Virus record (IMG/VR): IMGVR_UViG_3300009104_002038
Coordinates: 1-52,331 of that record
Origin: a virus
Lineage: Duplodnaviria > Caudoviricetes
Direction: 5' to 3' (one strand)
DNA: 52,331 nt
Shown here: positions 24,340 to 35,678 of the stretch, one piece after another
How the letters are laid out: every line of letters starts with the position of its first letter
Numbering within the stretch: the stretch's first letter is position 1
Position numbers and translations under genes: made by a program
The notes under the pieces: generated by a model
The model's database searches: none
Seen by the model: only the letters and a program-made list of their open reading frames with translations
What the model was told of the DNA's origin: nothing

Positions 24340-27300
24340 TTATATTCCTTTTCCAATAAGATGGGAGTCAGGCTTAAGCCGCATTTCTCCTTGATTGGGA
24401 TTTATTAGGGCAGGATCATCGTAAAAAAGCTGAGCGGCAAGTGAATCCGAGATACCTAAGTCAGATTTGACTGGACCCCAATAATTATTGGTAACGCCGT
24501 TGTATTCCGGCCACTTTCCATTATCAGCATTTAAAATTCCATAAAGCGCAGTATTGTAAACAATGAAATTGGCGGTGTAGGTAGTAGCTCCACAATTACT
24601 TAAAAAACCGAGCGCAGAACCACCGCCGTCGCTCGGCGCATAACTGGCACCCCCATACCTCATTCTATTGTTGCCGTAGACTATACAGTTCTTGACAATC
24701 TGTCGTCCGGAAGGAGGGGTATGAGACCACCCGCCGCAGCCGCCAACGCCCCCTATGTATATATGAGTGCTTAAAGCATTACTATTGGGGGCAACAACCA
24801 GGGTACATCCCGACATTTCGCAGTTAGTAAGAGAATGGAATCCTTGAGAGTTGGACCCGGCGTCGGAAAGATGAAGAAATGTGCAGAATATCGCCGTATC
24901 TTTAATGCATGTCCCAATTGCTCCATCAGCATAACCTATTGCTGTACCTCTGGCCGTCAATGTCCCCCTAATTTCGCAGGATTTAATTTGTGTAATTGTG
25001 GAACTATCGGAGCCTATTATTTGAACTAAATAATTCGCATGATTTAAGTTTAAGAATTTAAATTTTATAAGCTCGGTTTTAACGCCAGCTGTATTGTTCA
25101 TCTCTACATGATAGGAGTTTCCGCCGTCAAAGCTGCAATGAGTAAGGCTTCTATATATTCTCCCCCCCTCAAAAGTCAGGTCTGCAGACAGCGTTACCTG
25201 TTCGTCCACTATATATATAGTGTCATCATTTGCTGATGCCGTATGAGCTGCCGATAAAGTGGCCTTCGCTGTGATGGGAGATTTCCCGTCATTAGAGTCA
25301 TTGCCTGAAGCCAAATTCACATACCAGATGTTGGTTCCAGAGGGATATTGAGGAACCCCCCCAACCAAAGAAGAGTTCGGTCGAAGCCTCGGATCTGTAT
25401 CGGTGGACGTCACCTTAACGAATTCAGGATCAGTTACGGCGCAATTAATTGTGGTTGACATAAGCGAGGCAACCGCAGAGGTCCAGTCGGCATTAGTATA
25501 AAAAATGCAACAATTTTTGAGGGTTAGATTACTGGAATCTAATCCTGGACCATTTGAGTAAACAGCCGCAGAAGGGGTAGTAGGATTAAGAGCAGTAGAT
25601 CCATAAAAAATGCAGTTTTCGATAACTGAGCCGGGTAGTGGATTGGTCTCTTGAAACACTGTGGACAGGTTCAGGCCCTGTGCGCCAGCCGCATTTGCCT
25701 TAAATTGATAAGGGTCAATGAATGAGCAATCTTTTATATCAAGCACCCCTAACCCGCTAAAGAAAATCGACACCTTAGGCACTACTCCAGATGTCAATGG
25801 TGTTAATATGACAGTGCAAGACCTCATTTTCGTAGACCCGACGCCACTAGCTGTATGTTGGCTGTTAGGGCCAGGAAATGGCGCAGAATATACCGCTCCG
25901 CATGCATCTGTTACAGCTATAGTTATATTTTCCAAGTCAAGACGAGGTGGACCAAAGCATCCTCGATTATAGCCAGAAGGATTATTTAGGGCAATGTGAA
26001 GATCCTTAAAATAAAATGGTGTAGCGGCAAGATTGGGGAAAACTGGGCTCCAACCCGAATACCATGCGGGCCAATTAGCATAATTTTGAGTATCCAAGAT
26101 GGTTTTAGGCCCCATTCCAATAAGCTTTATTCCTAGAGACCAGACCTTGATAAGGTCATTGTCCTTTGACTGTGGGGAGGTAGCACCCGAATTATAAGAG
26201 CCGACTGGAATTGCATGAGTCCCTTCTTTTATTAAAATGACCGCCTCGTCCCCTGCAAAAGACTCAATTGCGGGCCCTACATCGTTGAAGGGGGCCGCCC
26301 AAGTTCCGGTTCCTCCGGCTGCTGCGCCAGAATCATACCATACGCCGGTCGGGTACTTGGCTTCCATCTCTGCTTGTTTCGTGGATATACCAGAGCCGCC
26401 AATACAAGGAGAAGCCGGGCGAAGGCGAACGTCGCCCTTGACTGCATTAACCAAAAGGGGGTCCGCAACCGTAAGCCCGGAAGCAGCGCTAAAACCGGAG
26501 CTGGCGCCGCCCGTAAAGTTTTTGACAAAAGCGAAATTCGATTCACTACTGGCAGCAGTCCCCGTCAACCATGGGATAGCCCCAGTCTGAGCCGTATTTT
26601 CTATATACATAATACACTTCTTTACCAGACCATACTTCATGTTGTAGAATATGGTTGAGAGAGATTTGAAGTATTGGTCGCTGGCGGAAACAAAGTTAAA
26701 GGTGCAATTCTCCAAAGACGAACTAAGGGCTGTCGTGCTCCCGGATGCATGTGCCGGGTAATGGTGGCCAGAGTTAGTGTAATATACATTATGCGAAAGA
26801 TACATGTACCCAAAATCAAATACAGTATCTTTGGCAGACAGGTAGATATTGTAGTTTATACCATAGGTGAAACTGGTGATGGGGGGATTTGATAAGCCCA
26901 CCTCAGAGCCCTTGTCGCTGAACTTACAATTCTCTAGGTAAAACGCAGCGCCATTAGCAGCGCTTTGGTCTCCCCTCGGAAAAAGGTATGAGCTTCGAGT
27001 ACCAAGAAAATAGAGATTGATGTTTTTAAACTCAGAACGACACCGAACGACGCCTCCCGATGTGTCCCGGCCTATACCTGGAAGACTAGACACAAAAGCA
27101 ATTGAAGCTTTTCCCTTTTGGGCTGGATCAGGCTCTATTATTAGCCTGTTGAAGGCCAGCTGAGTTATTGAGCTATCGTGGCCAAATACATCACCCATTA
27201 AAACTATTTTACCGGCTTCATTATCGGCAAGGCCCTCGCGAGTATGATACCAAAGCATACCTTCGTAGCCAGTTGTTGCGTAGGCGTAGTCTCCCGACGC

Positions 27301-27633
27301 ATCCGTGGAGCTAAGCCATACCTCACCCTGAGCGCCCGAACCCCCGGACGTCAAGTCGCCATCTAGGCAAAAATATGGATATTCTCTGCTATTGCCAGCC
27401 TCGATCCAATTGGTCGCATCGTTTTCGGGAGTGGTGGCGGTAGAGGTATGACCCACCAGGCAAACATAAGTCTTCCACTGGTTGAAGGTCGTGGGGCTTG
27501 CTACATAACTCGGGGTTGTTACCTGAACGGAGGTTTGAAACCTGACCCTTTGTCCCACAACGTATGAAACGCTTGCGTTAGACCATTCAGAGCTGGACCA
27601 GCCACTTACTTTTTTTAAGTATACGGTAGCCAT
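24340..27633 (-). CDS. tail spike/adhesin with tandem beta-helix modules
   Basis: CBM5/12-like N-terminus (W..SVSYVVGQRV), YVNLASGNDSNDG motif, three DP..RL[RK]P.S..[IV]G module ends. Confidence 0.7.
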   Translation of the reverse strand: MATVYLKKVSGWSSSEWSNASVSYVVGQRVRFQTSVQVTTPSYVASPTTFNQWKTYVCLVGHTSTATTPENDATNWIEAGNSREYPYFCLDGDLTSGGSGAQGEVWLSSTDASGDYAYATTGYEGMLWYHTREGLADNEAGKIVLMGDVFGHDSSITQLAFNRLIIEPDPAQKGKASIAFVSSLPGIGRDTSGGVVRCRSEFKNINLYFLGTRSSYLFPRGDQSAANGAAFYLENCKFSDKGSEVGLSNPPITSFTYGINYNIYLSAKDTVFDFGYMYLSHNVYYTNSGHHYPAHASGSTTALSSSLENCTFNFVSASDQYFKSLSTIFYNMKYGLVKKCIMYIENTAQTGAIPWLTGTAASSESNFAFVKNFTGGASSGFSAASGLTVADPLLVNAVKGDVRLRPASPCIGGSGISTKQAEMEAKYPTGVWYDSGAAAGGTGTWAAPFNDVGPAIESFAGDEAVILIKEGTHAIPVGSYNSGATSPQSKDNDLIKVWSLGIKLIGMGPKTILDTQNYANWPAWYSGWSPVFPNLAATPFYFKDLHIALNNPSGYNRGCFGPPRLDLENITIAVTDACGAVYSAPFPGPNSQHTASGVGSTKMRSCTVILTPLTSGVVPKVSIFFSGLGVLDIKDCSFIDPYQFKANAAGAQGLNLSTVFQETNPLPGSVIENCIFYGSTALNPTTPSAAVYSNGPGLDSSNLTLKNCCIFYTNADWTSAVASLMSTTINCAVTDPEFVKVTSTDTDPRLRPNSSLVGGVPQYPSGTNIWYVNLASGNDSNDGKSPITAKATLSAAHTASANDDTIYIVDEQVTLSADLTFEGGRIYRSLTHCSFDGGNSYHVEMNNTAGVKTELIKFKFLNLNHANYLVQIIGSDSSTITQIKSCEIRGTLTARGTAIGYADGAIGTCIKDTAIFCTFLHLSDAGSNSQGFHSLTNCEMSGCTLVVAPNSNALSTHIYIGGVGGCGGWSHTPPSGRQIVKNCIVYGNNRMRYGGASYAPSDGGGSALGFLSNCGATTYTANFIVYNTALYGILNADNGKWPEYNGVTNNYWGPVKSDLGISDSLAAQLFYDDPALINPNQGEMRLKPDSHLIGKGI

Positions 27634-28622
27634 TAGAAATAGCCCCCGTCAATTAGGAGTGGAACTGCGCAACCCCCTATTGAGGACGGTTGAAATCCCT
27701 GACGGATAGGAAGACCGTTGACCCCCTTCGAGTCGCTGTCGCCATTGATCAACGAATAGGACTCCCCATCCGCATGAACGAACTCAATGTCTTCGGGCGA
27801 ATCAGTCCCGTCAAATTTTACCGCTATACCAAGCGCCATCGCGTTATTGGCGTTAACCGACTCGTCACCGCCAACTAAGTGAGCCACCCTGTTTCCGTAG
27901 TCATCCTTAGTAAATAAAATAAAGGAAGTATCATCGGAGTAAATTCGGGTATCAATTGGGTTAAGTATATGCGCGCCTACGTCAGTCGCACCCTTAACTT
28001 TAAAGTCATTGAACCGATACCAGCCCGACTCTAACCCATTGGGATCCCCGGTGCTACCAACCACAAATCGGTCTTGGTCGGTTAAGAGCTTGAATTTTAT
28101 ATCGCCGGGATCAGTCTCCATTATGGCCGCCGTACCAAGCCCAAGTTTATCGGCGGTTAAGATAGTGGTAGGATTGCCTTCGGCATCCATGACTTGGGGG
28201 GTCTTCTCGAAATAAAGGGTCTCCGGGTTCCCTGGATCAGGCATTACGGAAGCATTCCCCACCTTAAGTCCCGAAGCACTGAAGCGCATGACACCGGAGG
28301 AGTCTACGCTTATTCCTGTGGTTCCGGAAAGCATGATCCCGGTGGAGCTGGAAAAGCTGAGCTTATTGTCCGCGCTCTTGATGGATTGATTGCCAATATA
28401 TAGGGTGCCGGGAGTAAAGTAGGCCGAGCCGGAAACGTGTAGGTCACCAGTCACATGAGAATTCCCGGAAACTGTAGAATTGCCGCCAATTGTTGAATTG
28501 CCGGAAACAATACTGTCTTTTGCAATCCAGATATCGTCTACATTTCCGGTTCCCCAGGGTAAGCCGGCTGTACCTATGCCACCCTCTCCGCTTGCCCTTG
28601 GAACTAAACTTCTCGTACTCAT
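27633..28622 (-). CDS. virion structural / tail-fibre-associated protein
   Basis: SG/TG-rich beta repeats; IDGGYF C-terminus. Confidence 0.65.
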   Translation of the reverse strand: MSTRSLVPRASGEGGIGTAGLPWGTGNVDDIWIAKDSIVSGNSTIGGNSTVSGNSHVTGDLHVSGSAYFTPGTLYIGNQSIKSADNKLSFSSSTGIMLSGTTGISVDSSGVMRFSASGLKVGNASVMPDPGNPETLYFEKTPQVMDAEGNPTTILTADKLGLGTAAIMETDPGDIKFKLLTDQDRFVVGSTGDPNGLESGWYRFNDFKVKGATDVGAHILNPIDTRIYSDDTSFILFTKDDYGNRVAHLVGGDESVNANNAMALGIAVKFDGTDSPEDIEFVHADGESYSLINGDSDSKGVNGLPIRQGFQPSSIGGCAVPLLIDGGYF

Positions 28623-28683
28623 AGCCTAACTTATATTAATTTATTAACCCAAATATTCTATTATATATAATATACACTTTAAT

Positions 28684-31600
28684 TTATGGATTGAGTGTAG
28701 GTTGTACATCCCCTTGTGAATTTAATTCGAAATAGGCAACGGCGGAAGAGGTGGTTTGACCGGGGGCAGCGGGGCGATAGGCTCCGTTGCCATCTGCCTC
28801 CCAGAACTCAATCGCAGGATTGGAGCTATCGTAAGCAGTATCACGCAACTTAAGGGAATCGCCAACTAATTCAAACCATTGGGTTGAGGTAACCCCGCCA
28901 GCACCCACAGCCACCTTGAGGACATTGTCATTGGCTGAATCAATCCATATGCGACCCTTTTCATTCGGCTCGCTCTTTGGCAATTGATCATAATCCAAAT
29001 AAAACAAGGCAGATCCACTGATAATCGCAGAACCAGAAACTGTGAGCTGAGCACTAGGATCATCCACTCCCACCCCAACATTTCCACCATTAAACAGGGC
29101 GGCGGGACAATCATCAAAAAAAGCGTTTCCATGCACGTCAAGCTTTGCTCGCACCACGTCTTCGCTCGACGCGTTTTCTTTTATTCCTAGCCTGAAGCCA
29201 GTGGTGCTACTCCAAAATGGAGACTGTTGGCCATAATTGCTGTAATGAGCATAGCCGTCCCCTAAATGATTCATCGCATAGGTGAGGTTGCCAGTAGCCT
29301 TGAGGGAACAAAACGGGGAGGAACTTTCCTGGCTGGGCGCTGCATCATAAAATGGGAAAGTTTTGTCGGAATAGGTGCTATCGCTAAGGGACGTTTTAAA
29401 CGAGACTGCGCTACTCCAGTAGTCAGTTCCGTTAACCGTTATTACTGCGCGGGCATAGTAAGTGTCATTTCTACTTAAGCCCGCAGCGGTACGAATAAAA
29501 CATTGAGACCCGCCCTGTGAGGTCGGATTGCTAACAGTTGAATTAGGCTCCCATAATAGGTATCCAAAATCATCCCAATCCTCCTTGTCAGACGTACCCT
29601 CATCGGTCTCTCCCCAGCAGACGTATGCTTCGGAGAGGTCATCCAGGCGCACGGTTTGAGTCTCGTTGAAAGACGCTAAAAGGGTGGCTGCTTTTGAGTG
29701 AATTGCCTTTATGGCAATCTGTGCCCCGGTGACCGCTTGAATGTTTATGTCGCCAGGAACAGTAGTAAGGTCGCTATTATTTTTAAAGGTTAGCGATCCA
29801 TCGTCAAAAGTAGCGCTAAAATCGTCGAATCTTCCGCTGTCCGCTTGCGCTACCCCACCAATTAAATCACTAAAAGAGCCAAGCGATGCGCCGCCGCTGA
29901 CAATGCCTAGACATGTTGGTTGGTCAGGGATCGATTTAAAGCTAGTGCCGCTTACCAATTTGAAATCAAACCAATATGGAAGCGTGCTGCTCGAAACCGT
30001 CATTACCCTGCTGGCGTAACGAGCGTTAGAGGGGCCTGTATTGCCGCCGTAACCTCGCATAGAGAGCACGTTGGTAGCTGCGTTTGACTCCGACTCCCAA
30101 AAATCAAAAGCTGTCCTACCGTTCCATGTGCCCCACATAAATTTAGGGGTCCACCCGCTATAGGCTAGAGCGGTAGCGGGAGAAATATAAGCCACAACGT
30201 TATAGCTGTTAGCACCAATTCCGCGACGAACGCAAATACCTCCCGAAGGACCTTGGGACGTCAATGCAGATTGTCTCTGGTAGGATACGTCTCCCAAGTC
30301 AGAATTTGCATTAAAATAAGATGAGGTTTGATAAGTGTGCTTATAACCCGTAACAACACTTATTCCGCTTATAGTTAAGGAAGTGTCAAATATACCACTC
30401 TCGACCCCCGAAAGATTTCCTCCACGCACAGATTCAAAGCTAAGAATATTAGGGCCAACCCCAGACATCTCTTGGGCAAGAGTCGGAGAGGAGTCAAATA
30501 CCCACTTACTGTGAGTAGGTGCAGCATAGCTGTTCCCGCTAATAAAGCGAGCATTAAAATAATAATTATCTGATCCTGCCAGGGACGTGGGAACACCATA
30601 AAATACGCTAGAACCCCCATCGCTAGAGTACTCTTCGAGCTGTAGATGGTTGTCCCAAATATCCGTATAGCTACAAGAAGATACCGTGAGGGGACTTGAA
30701 GCTCCAGCCCCATTAAACCATTGAGAAGTCCAGGGTTCGGCGCCAAGTGTATAAAAAGCAGTAGGGTCTCCTAGGGCGGCAGTCATAACCCATCTTGACT
30801 CATTCAAATTCCACCAAAGGTTTCTATCGTCCGAAGAATATTGCTTGTAATGAGCACGGCCGTTATAGGAGGCGGGCTGTAGGTCCCATCTTCCGTTCCA
30901 GGGAGTCATACCCCCTGGCCCAACAGTAAGACTACATATTGATCCGTCTCCAGTTCCCCAATAAAGGTAGCCAGTCCACCCAGCCGAGGTTAAGGCGTTC
31001 AACTGATTGTTTTTTTCCGCCAAATGAATAGAGGCAGAAGAGTCGCTTATTTTATTGATGGACAATTGGCCCGAAGTATTAGGGGCCTGGGGTACGAAGT
31101 AATCTCCGAGCACTACATCAGCAGGTCTGATATAGGATGTCTTGTATTTGGGTTGTAAGTTGTGGGTAAGCCATTCGGCTGATAGGCCGGTAGACACGGG
31201 ATTCCCGCTTATAGTTAGGGATTTGCTAAAGTGTCCCGTTTGAGGAGAAAGGCCGGTGGTTTGTATGCCGACAACGTTACCGCTGACTATATCTATATGT
31301 TCATGTAGATGAGAGCCAGTCTGTATTAGGTCTCCGCTTAAGGTATTAATGTAACCAATGACCTGGCCACTTAGGGTATCTATATGGTCGTGAAGATGAG
31401 CCCCCGTCTGTATGAGATTGCCGCTGACGCCATCAATATAAGAATCAAGCGACGCACCCGTAGAAATAAGGCGCGTAGACAGGTCGGATATATCCGAAGA
31501 GGATACTCCTGTAGAAACGGTCTCTCCACTAATAGTGAGAGAGTCGGTAAAGGTTCCGGTACGCGCATGCAGCTCTCCTTCCGCTATATGGAGGGCATAA

Positions 31601-33726
31601 GACGGGGTGGTGGTACCTATACCTAAGTGTCTACCACCGGTGACGACAAGATTATGGCTAGCACTAAAGCCATCGTATGTTTCGTTAAAAAGAAAGAGTC
31701 CAGATGGGAGGGTTCCCCGATCTATCGCTATACCGGCGATAGTTTTAGTTACCCCAGCCCCTACTTCCCCACTATTAATGGTTATGATATTCCCTTCTAC
31801 CGTTAACTGCTCCGCAGTAACATCAACTAATTTCCCTCCGGTATATAAATTGCCGGAAATATAAGCATTACCGTTAACGTGAAGAGTATAGCCTGGGGCG
31901 AAGGATGGCTCGGTCCCGCTCTTGATCCCTAGGCCATTCTCTGAGAATATTAAATTCTCTGATGTATTAAGCTTGCCTCCGCTATAATAGACGAGCTCTG
32001 GTACCGGATTAGAGCTAAGGTTGGTGCTATTGAGAACCGAGGAGACCGTATCAAGGTCTCCGCTTACCAAATCTAAACTTCCGCTGACCGAATCTATATG
32101 TTCGTGTAAATGGGAGCCAGTCTGAATTACATTACCACTTAATGTATCGAGCCCCCCGCTTACCACGCTTAAGCTTCCGCTAACCGCATCCAGGTGCTCG
32201 TGTAAATGAGAGCCAGTCTGGATTAAATTGCCGCTTAAGGTATTTATGTCGCCAACCGCCGTGTCTATATGCTCATGCAAGTGAGCCCCGGTTTGGTTGA
32301 GATTGCCGCTAAGAGTATAGAAGTTCGCCACAACTACCCCGCTTAGGGTATTGATTCTGCCGGACAGATTTGCGCCTGTAGTAATTAAATCTGCCGCTAC
32401 CGCACCTATATCCCCCAACAATGCCTGGCCAGTGGATATTAGATGCCCACTAAGAACATCTACTCGGGGATCGGTACCCGGAGATCCCGTGGCAACGGAT
32501 ACCCCGCTAATAGTGAGGGATTTGCTAAAATGTCCGGTTTCGGGAGTAAGGCCGGTAGTTTGGATGCCGACGACACTACCGCTTACAGTATCTACATTGC
32601 CGCTTACTTCAATGATATGGTCATGAAGATGACTTCCGGTCGCAATTAGATTTCCTACAATTGAGCCGATTCCATTTGCATTAACACTGATTTGGCTTTG
32701 GAGGAATTGGCCGGTGGTAATGAGATCGCCGCTTACCTCGATGATATGGTCATGCAAATGCGTACCGGTAGCAATAAGATCGCCGCTTAATGATTTGATA
32801 TTGCCAGACAGATTGGCGCCTGTAGTAATGAGATGGCCGCTAAGAACGTCAAGCCTTTCGTCAATTCCCTTCCCCGTGGAAACGGCGACTCCGCTAATGG
32901 TAAGCTCCTTACTGAAGTGGCCTGTTTCTGGCGCAAGACCAGTAGTCTGAATCCCGACAACATGACCACTTACTGTATCAACCTTACCGCTTACCAAATC
33001 TAAGCTTTCGCTGACGGAATCAATATAAGCATCAAGATTAGAACCTGTAGAAATAAGTCGAGAAGATAGATCGGAGATGTCCGTGGGAGATACTCCCGTT
33101 GAAACATTTTCTCCGCTTATGGTTAGCTGATCGGAAAATGCACCCGTAAGGCCAACAAGCTGCCCACTGGTCATGTGCAGGGCATGCGAGGGAGTGGTGA
33201 TGCCTATGCCTAAATGCCTGCCCCCGGTAACAATAAGATTATGGCTGGCACTAAAACCATCATATCCTTCATTGAAGAGGAAGGAACCGGAAGGGTAGGT
33301 GCCCCTGTCGATGAGAAGGCCGGCAATGGTACGCGAAACTCCTTGTCCCTGCTCTCCGCTATTGATGGTTATTAGGTTGCCCTTGATGGCTAGAGCTTCA
33401 GCCTCAACGTCAAATAATTTTCCACCCGTGTAAATGTTGCCCCAAACATTTAGATCTCCCCCTACCTCCAGGGTATAGGTTGGAACTGTTTTGTTTACGC
33501 CTACTCCAGCGCTATTATAACTTAACCAGTGGCTCCCGGTGGATACTGGCTTACCGCTAATAGTAAGGTCCTTGGTGAAAATCCCGCTTTTAGTGCCTAT
33601 TGAACTATGCTCTGCAACTGAGGTATAGTTTACCTTGTAGTTGTCATCGCCGGAAGCAATGATAAAATCAAAGATACCCTCCGGGGTGGCCCGTTGAAGT
33701 TCAGAGATTTTCTTGTTGTCGGCCAT
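28684..33726 (-). CDS. long tail fibre protein with internal duplication and His repeats
   Basis: 1680 aa; repeated LTISG..VSTG, SG.L..TG.HLH[DE]H and VGIG.TTP motifs. Confidence 0.75.
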   Translation of the reverse strand: MADNKKISELQRATPEGIFDFIIASGDDNYKVNYTSVAEHSSIGTKSGIFTKDLTISGKPVSTGSHWLSYNSAGVGVNKTVPTYTLEVGGDLNVWGNIYTGGKLFDVEAEALAIKGNLITINSGEQGQGVSRTIAGLLIDRGTYPSGSFLFNEGYDGFSASHNLIVTGGRHLGIGITTPSHALHMTSGQLVGLTGAFSDQLTISGENVSTGVSPTDISDLSSRLISTGSNLDAYIDSVSESLDLVSGKVDTVSGHVVGIQTTGLAPETGHFSKELTISGVAVSTGKGIDERLDVLSGHLITTGANLSGNIKSLSGDLIATGTHLHDHIIEVSGDLITTGQFLQSQISVNANGIGSIVGNLIATGSHLHDHIIEVSGNVDTVSGSVVGIQTTGLTPETGHFSKSLTISGVSVATGSPGTDPRVDVLSGHLISTGQALLGDIGAVAADLITTGANLSGRINTLSGVVVANFYTLSGNLNQTGAHLHEHIDTAVGDINTLSGNLIQTGSHLHEHLDAVSGSLSVVSGGLDTLSGNVIQTGSHLHEHIDSVSGSLDLVSGDLDTVSSVLNSTNLSSNPVPELVYYSGGKLNTSENLIFSENGLGIKSGTEPSFAPGYTLHVNGNAYISGNLYTGGKLVDVTAEQLTVEGNIITINSGEVGAGVTKTIAGIAIDRGTLPSGLFLFNETYDGFSASHNLVVTGGRHLGIGTTTPSYALHIAEGELHARTGTFTDSLTISGETVSTGVSSSDISDLSTRLISTGASLDSYIDGVSGNLIQTGAHLHDHIDTLSGQVIGYINTLSGDLIQTGSHLHEHIDIVSGNVVGIQTTGLSPQTGHFSKSLTISGNPVSTGLSAEWLTHNLQPKYKTSYIRPADVVLGDYFVPQAPNTSGQLSINKISDSSASIHLAEKNNQLNALTSAGWTGYLYWGTGDGSICSLTVGPGGMTPWNGRWDLQPASYNGRAHYKQYSSDDRNLWWNLNESRWVMTAALGDPTAFYTLGAEPWTSQWFNGAGASSPLTVSSCSYTDIWDNHLQLEEYSSDGGSSVFYGVPTSLAGSDNYYFNARFISGNSYAAPTHSKWVFDSSPTLAQEMSGVGPNILSFESVRGGNLSGVESGIFDTSLTISGISVVTGYKHTYQTSSYFNANSDLGDVSYQRQSALTSQGPSGGICVRRGIGANSYNVVAYISPATALAYSGWTPKFMWGTWNGRTAFDFWESESNAATNVLSMRGYGGNTGPSNARYASRVMTVSSSTLPYWFDFKLVSGTSFKSIPDQPTCLGIVSGGASLGSFSDLIGGVAQADSGRFDDFSATFDDGSLTFKNNSDLTTVPGDINIQAVTGAQIAIKAIHSKAATLLASFNETQTVRLDDLSEAYVCWGETDEGTSDKEDWDDFGYLLWEPNSTVSNPTSQGGSQCFIRTAAGLSRNDTYYARAVITVNGTDYWSSAVSFKTSLSDSTYSDKTFPFYDAAPSQESSSPFCSLKATGNLTYAMNHLGDGYAHYSNYGQQSPFWSSTTGFRLGIKENASSEDVVRAKLDVHGNAFFDDCPAALFNGGNVGVGVDDPSAQLTVSGSAIISGSALFYLDYDQLPKSEPNEKGRIWIDSANDNVLKVAVGAGGVTSTQWFELVGDSLKLRDTAYDSSNPAIEFWEADGNGAYRPAAPGQTTSSAVAYFELNSQGDVQPTLNP

Positions 33727-33746
33727 TGGCTCAGCGCCCCGTTAGA

Positions 33747-35678
33747 TTATAACCCGGCGGCATCTAGGCGAGATTTTAAGTCGTCGTTTTCCTGCTTTAG
33801 CTCTTTTACGGAATTGACTAAGGCGCCGATAAGCGCACGGTCATAGAGGCCCCATGAATAATCTTCTTCACCGTTCTCCCCCGTGACGGGAATGCGCGGG
33901 GCTGCCTCGGGAATGACTTCGTGAACCTCTTGAGAGTAGAATCCTAACTGAACATCTCCCTCTGGGTCCGACTTCCACCTGAATTTACGAGGCTCAAGTT
34001 GCAGGACATCACTAAGCCCATACTCAACGGCGCCGGCATCATTTTTAAGGCGAACATCGGAAGAGCTTTGAAGTACGCCATCGGCGTTGAAAGTAACATC
34101 ACCGGCAACATATGCGGGGAACATGGCCTCTCCATTTGACTGTATGGAGAAAATACACTCGGCGGCGGCTGGAGTAGTTGCTCCCTTCACCACGGCAAGG
34201 CGAGAAGTCGACAGAACAGTGGCGCCGTCGGTGCCGCCGATGGCGACGGGCGTATCCCAACCAATAATCAGAGAAGCTTGACCAGCCGATGTATTGCCCC
34301 CGGCATGTGCGATGGCGTCGTTGATGTGGACGTAGCTCGACATGTCATTCGCGCTCCCGGCAGCACTATCGGGATGCGGGCTGAATTTTAGCACATTATC
34401 ATTTGCGAAAGTTGCCCAAGTCCTTGGAGTGGGATTCGAAGTATCAAAGTATGAGATCCCGGCATTACCGCCTTTAAGGTTGAGCGTCAGGTGGTTGGTA
34501 TCGGTCCCGATGCCGACTTTGCCATTTATGTCAATGGTCAGTCCTTTGAGTGGGTCATTATTCGTGTACAGCTTTAGTTTTCCCTGCCTGTAGTTCCATA
34601 ACCGAGCATCCGTATCTACGCCGTTATCAAAACATATACCCGCGCCATTAGTAGCCCCACCTACCTCAAGTTTGTCTCGCGGAGGATGGGTTTCAGCAGC
34701 TGAAAACCCCTTAAAAGTACCAATGCCAACATCTCCCTGATCTCCCGTAATTATAATACGAGGCCAATGATGGTCAGGAGTACCAGCGGTATCTTTTCCC
34801 ACAGTGCACAAAGCCAGGGCTCCTTCGGGCGCCCCAGCGGCGCGGTCCACCGTAACGCCTATAACGCTAGCATTATTCCGGCTACCGCCATGCAAATGGA
34901 GGGCGGAAAAAGTACCAGGATTGTTCGATGTATTCTTAACGCGAATGGATCCATCGGTATCAAAATTGGCCCAATCGGTTTCTGTATCATTGGCAGACAC
35001 TTCAAGTGAGCTGTGAGGGTCGTTCGTCCCAACCCCAACCTTTCCGGCGTCATAATAAATCTCTCCAACAGTCGCGCCATCTTCCCATTTCCCGGCACCG
35101 CCCCCATCCCCAGTAGAAACCGGAACGCCGCTAATAGTCAAGACCTCAGCGAAAGCACCGCTCCCCATATGGACTACGCCATTGGAACCGGAAATACCCG
35201 CGTCACCCAAATAAATGGTATTGGGATTAACGTGCAAGTCCCCAGTAATATACATATCGCCAGATACATAGACGTTGTCATGGAACTTGGCGTAGCCTCC
35301 GGATACTTCCACGGTATGCCCACTGAAATGAGGGAAATGCCCGGTAGTTCCGGTTATCACCCCATATTCTCCGCTAACCCCACTGATAAGGCCACTAGCA
35401 ATCAAGTCATGTGAGAAAAGGCCGGTGCCCGATGCATGTAATTGGTAGGCCGGATTATTCGCTCCAAGGCCAACTTTACCGGTAAGGGTATAAATATAAT
35501 CGGAACCGGACTTCCAGAAGGAACCAGCCTTAAGGATATCCGAGGTAAGGCTCGTAAAGGGGACTTTGTAGTTTTTAGCTAGAGGATCGGAAGAATCCCC
35601 GCTAGCTATAACAAAATAAACCGTGGGCCCCTGTGCGCCGTCAAAAGTATCAAATTGGGAAATCTTTTTGTCTGCCAT
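33747..35678 (-). CDS. tail fibre with C-terminal intramolecular chaperone (peptidase S74)
   Basis: G.VGIGT repeats; SSDVRLKND..GFYSQEV..PEA..coiled coil. Confidence 0.85.
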   Translation of the reverse strand: MADKKISQFDTFDGAQGPTVYFVIASGDSSDPLAKNYKVPFTSLTSDILKAGSFWKSGSDYIYTLTGKVGLGANNPAYQLHASGTGLFSHDLIASGLISGVSGEYGVITGTTGHFPHFSGHTVEVSGGYAKFHDNVYVSGDMYITGDLHVNPNTIYLGDAGISGSNGVVHMGSGAFAEVLTISGVPVSTGDGGGAGKWEDGATVGEIYYDAGKVGVGTNDPHSSLEVSANDTETDWANFDTDGSIRVKNTSNNPGTFSALHLHGGSRNNASVIGVTVDRAAGAPEGALALCTVGKDTAGTPDHHWPRIIITGDQGDVGIGTFKGFSAAETHPPRDKLEVGGATNGAGICFDNGVDTDARLWNYRQGKLKLYTNNDPLKGLTIDINGKVGIGTDTNHLTLNLKGGNAGISYFDTSNPTPRTWATFANDNVLKFSPHPDSAAGSANDMSSYVHINDAIAHAGGNTSAGQASLIIGWDTPVAIGGTDGATVLSTSRLAVVKGATTPAAAECIFSIQSNGEAMFPAYVAGDVTFNADGVLQSSSDVRLKNDAGAVEYGLSDVLQLEPRKFRWKSDPEGDVQLGFYSQEVHEVIPEAAPRIPVTGENGEEDYSWGLYDRALIGALVNSVKELKQENDDLKSRLDAAGL

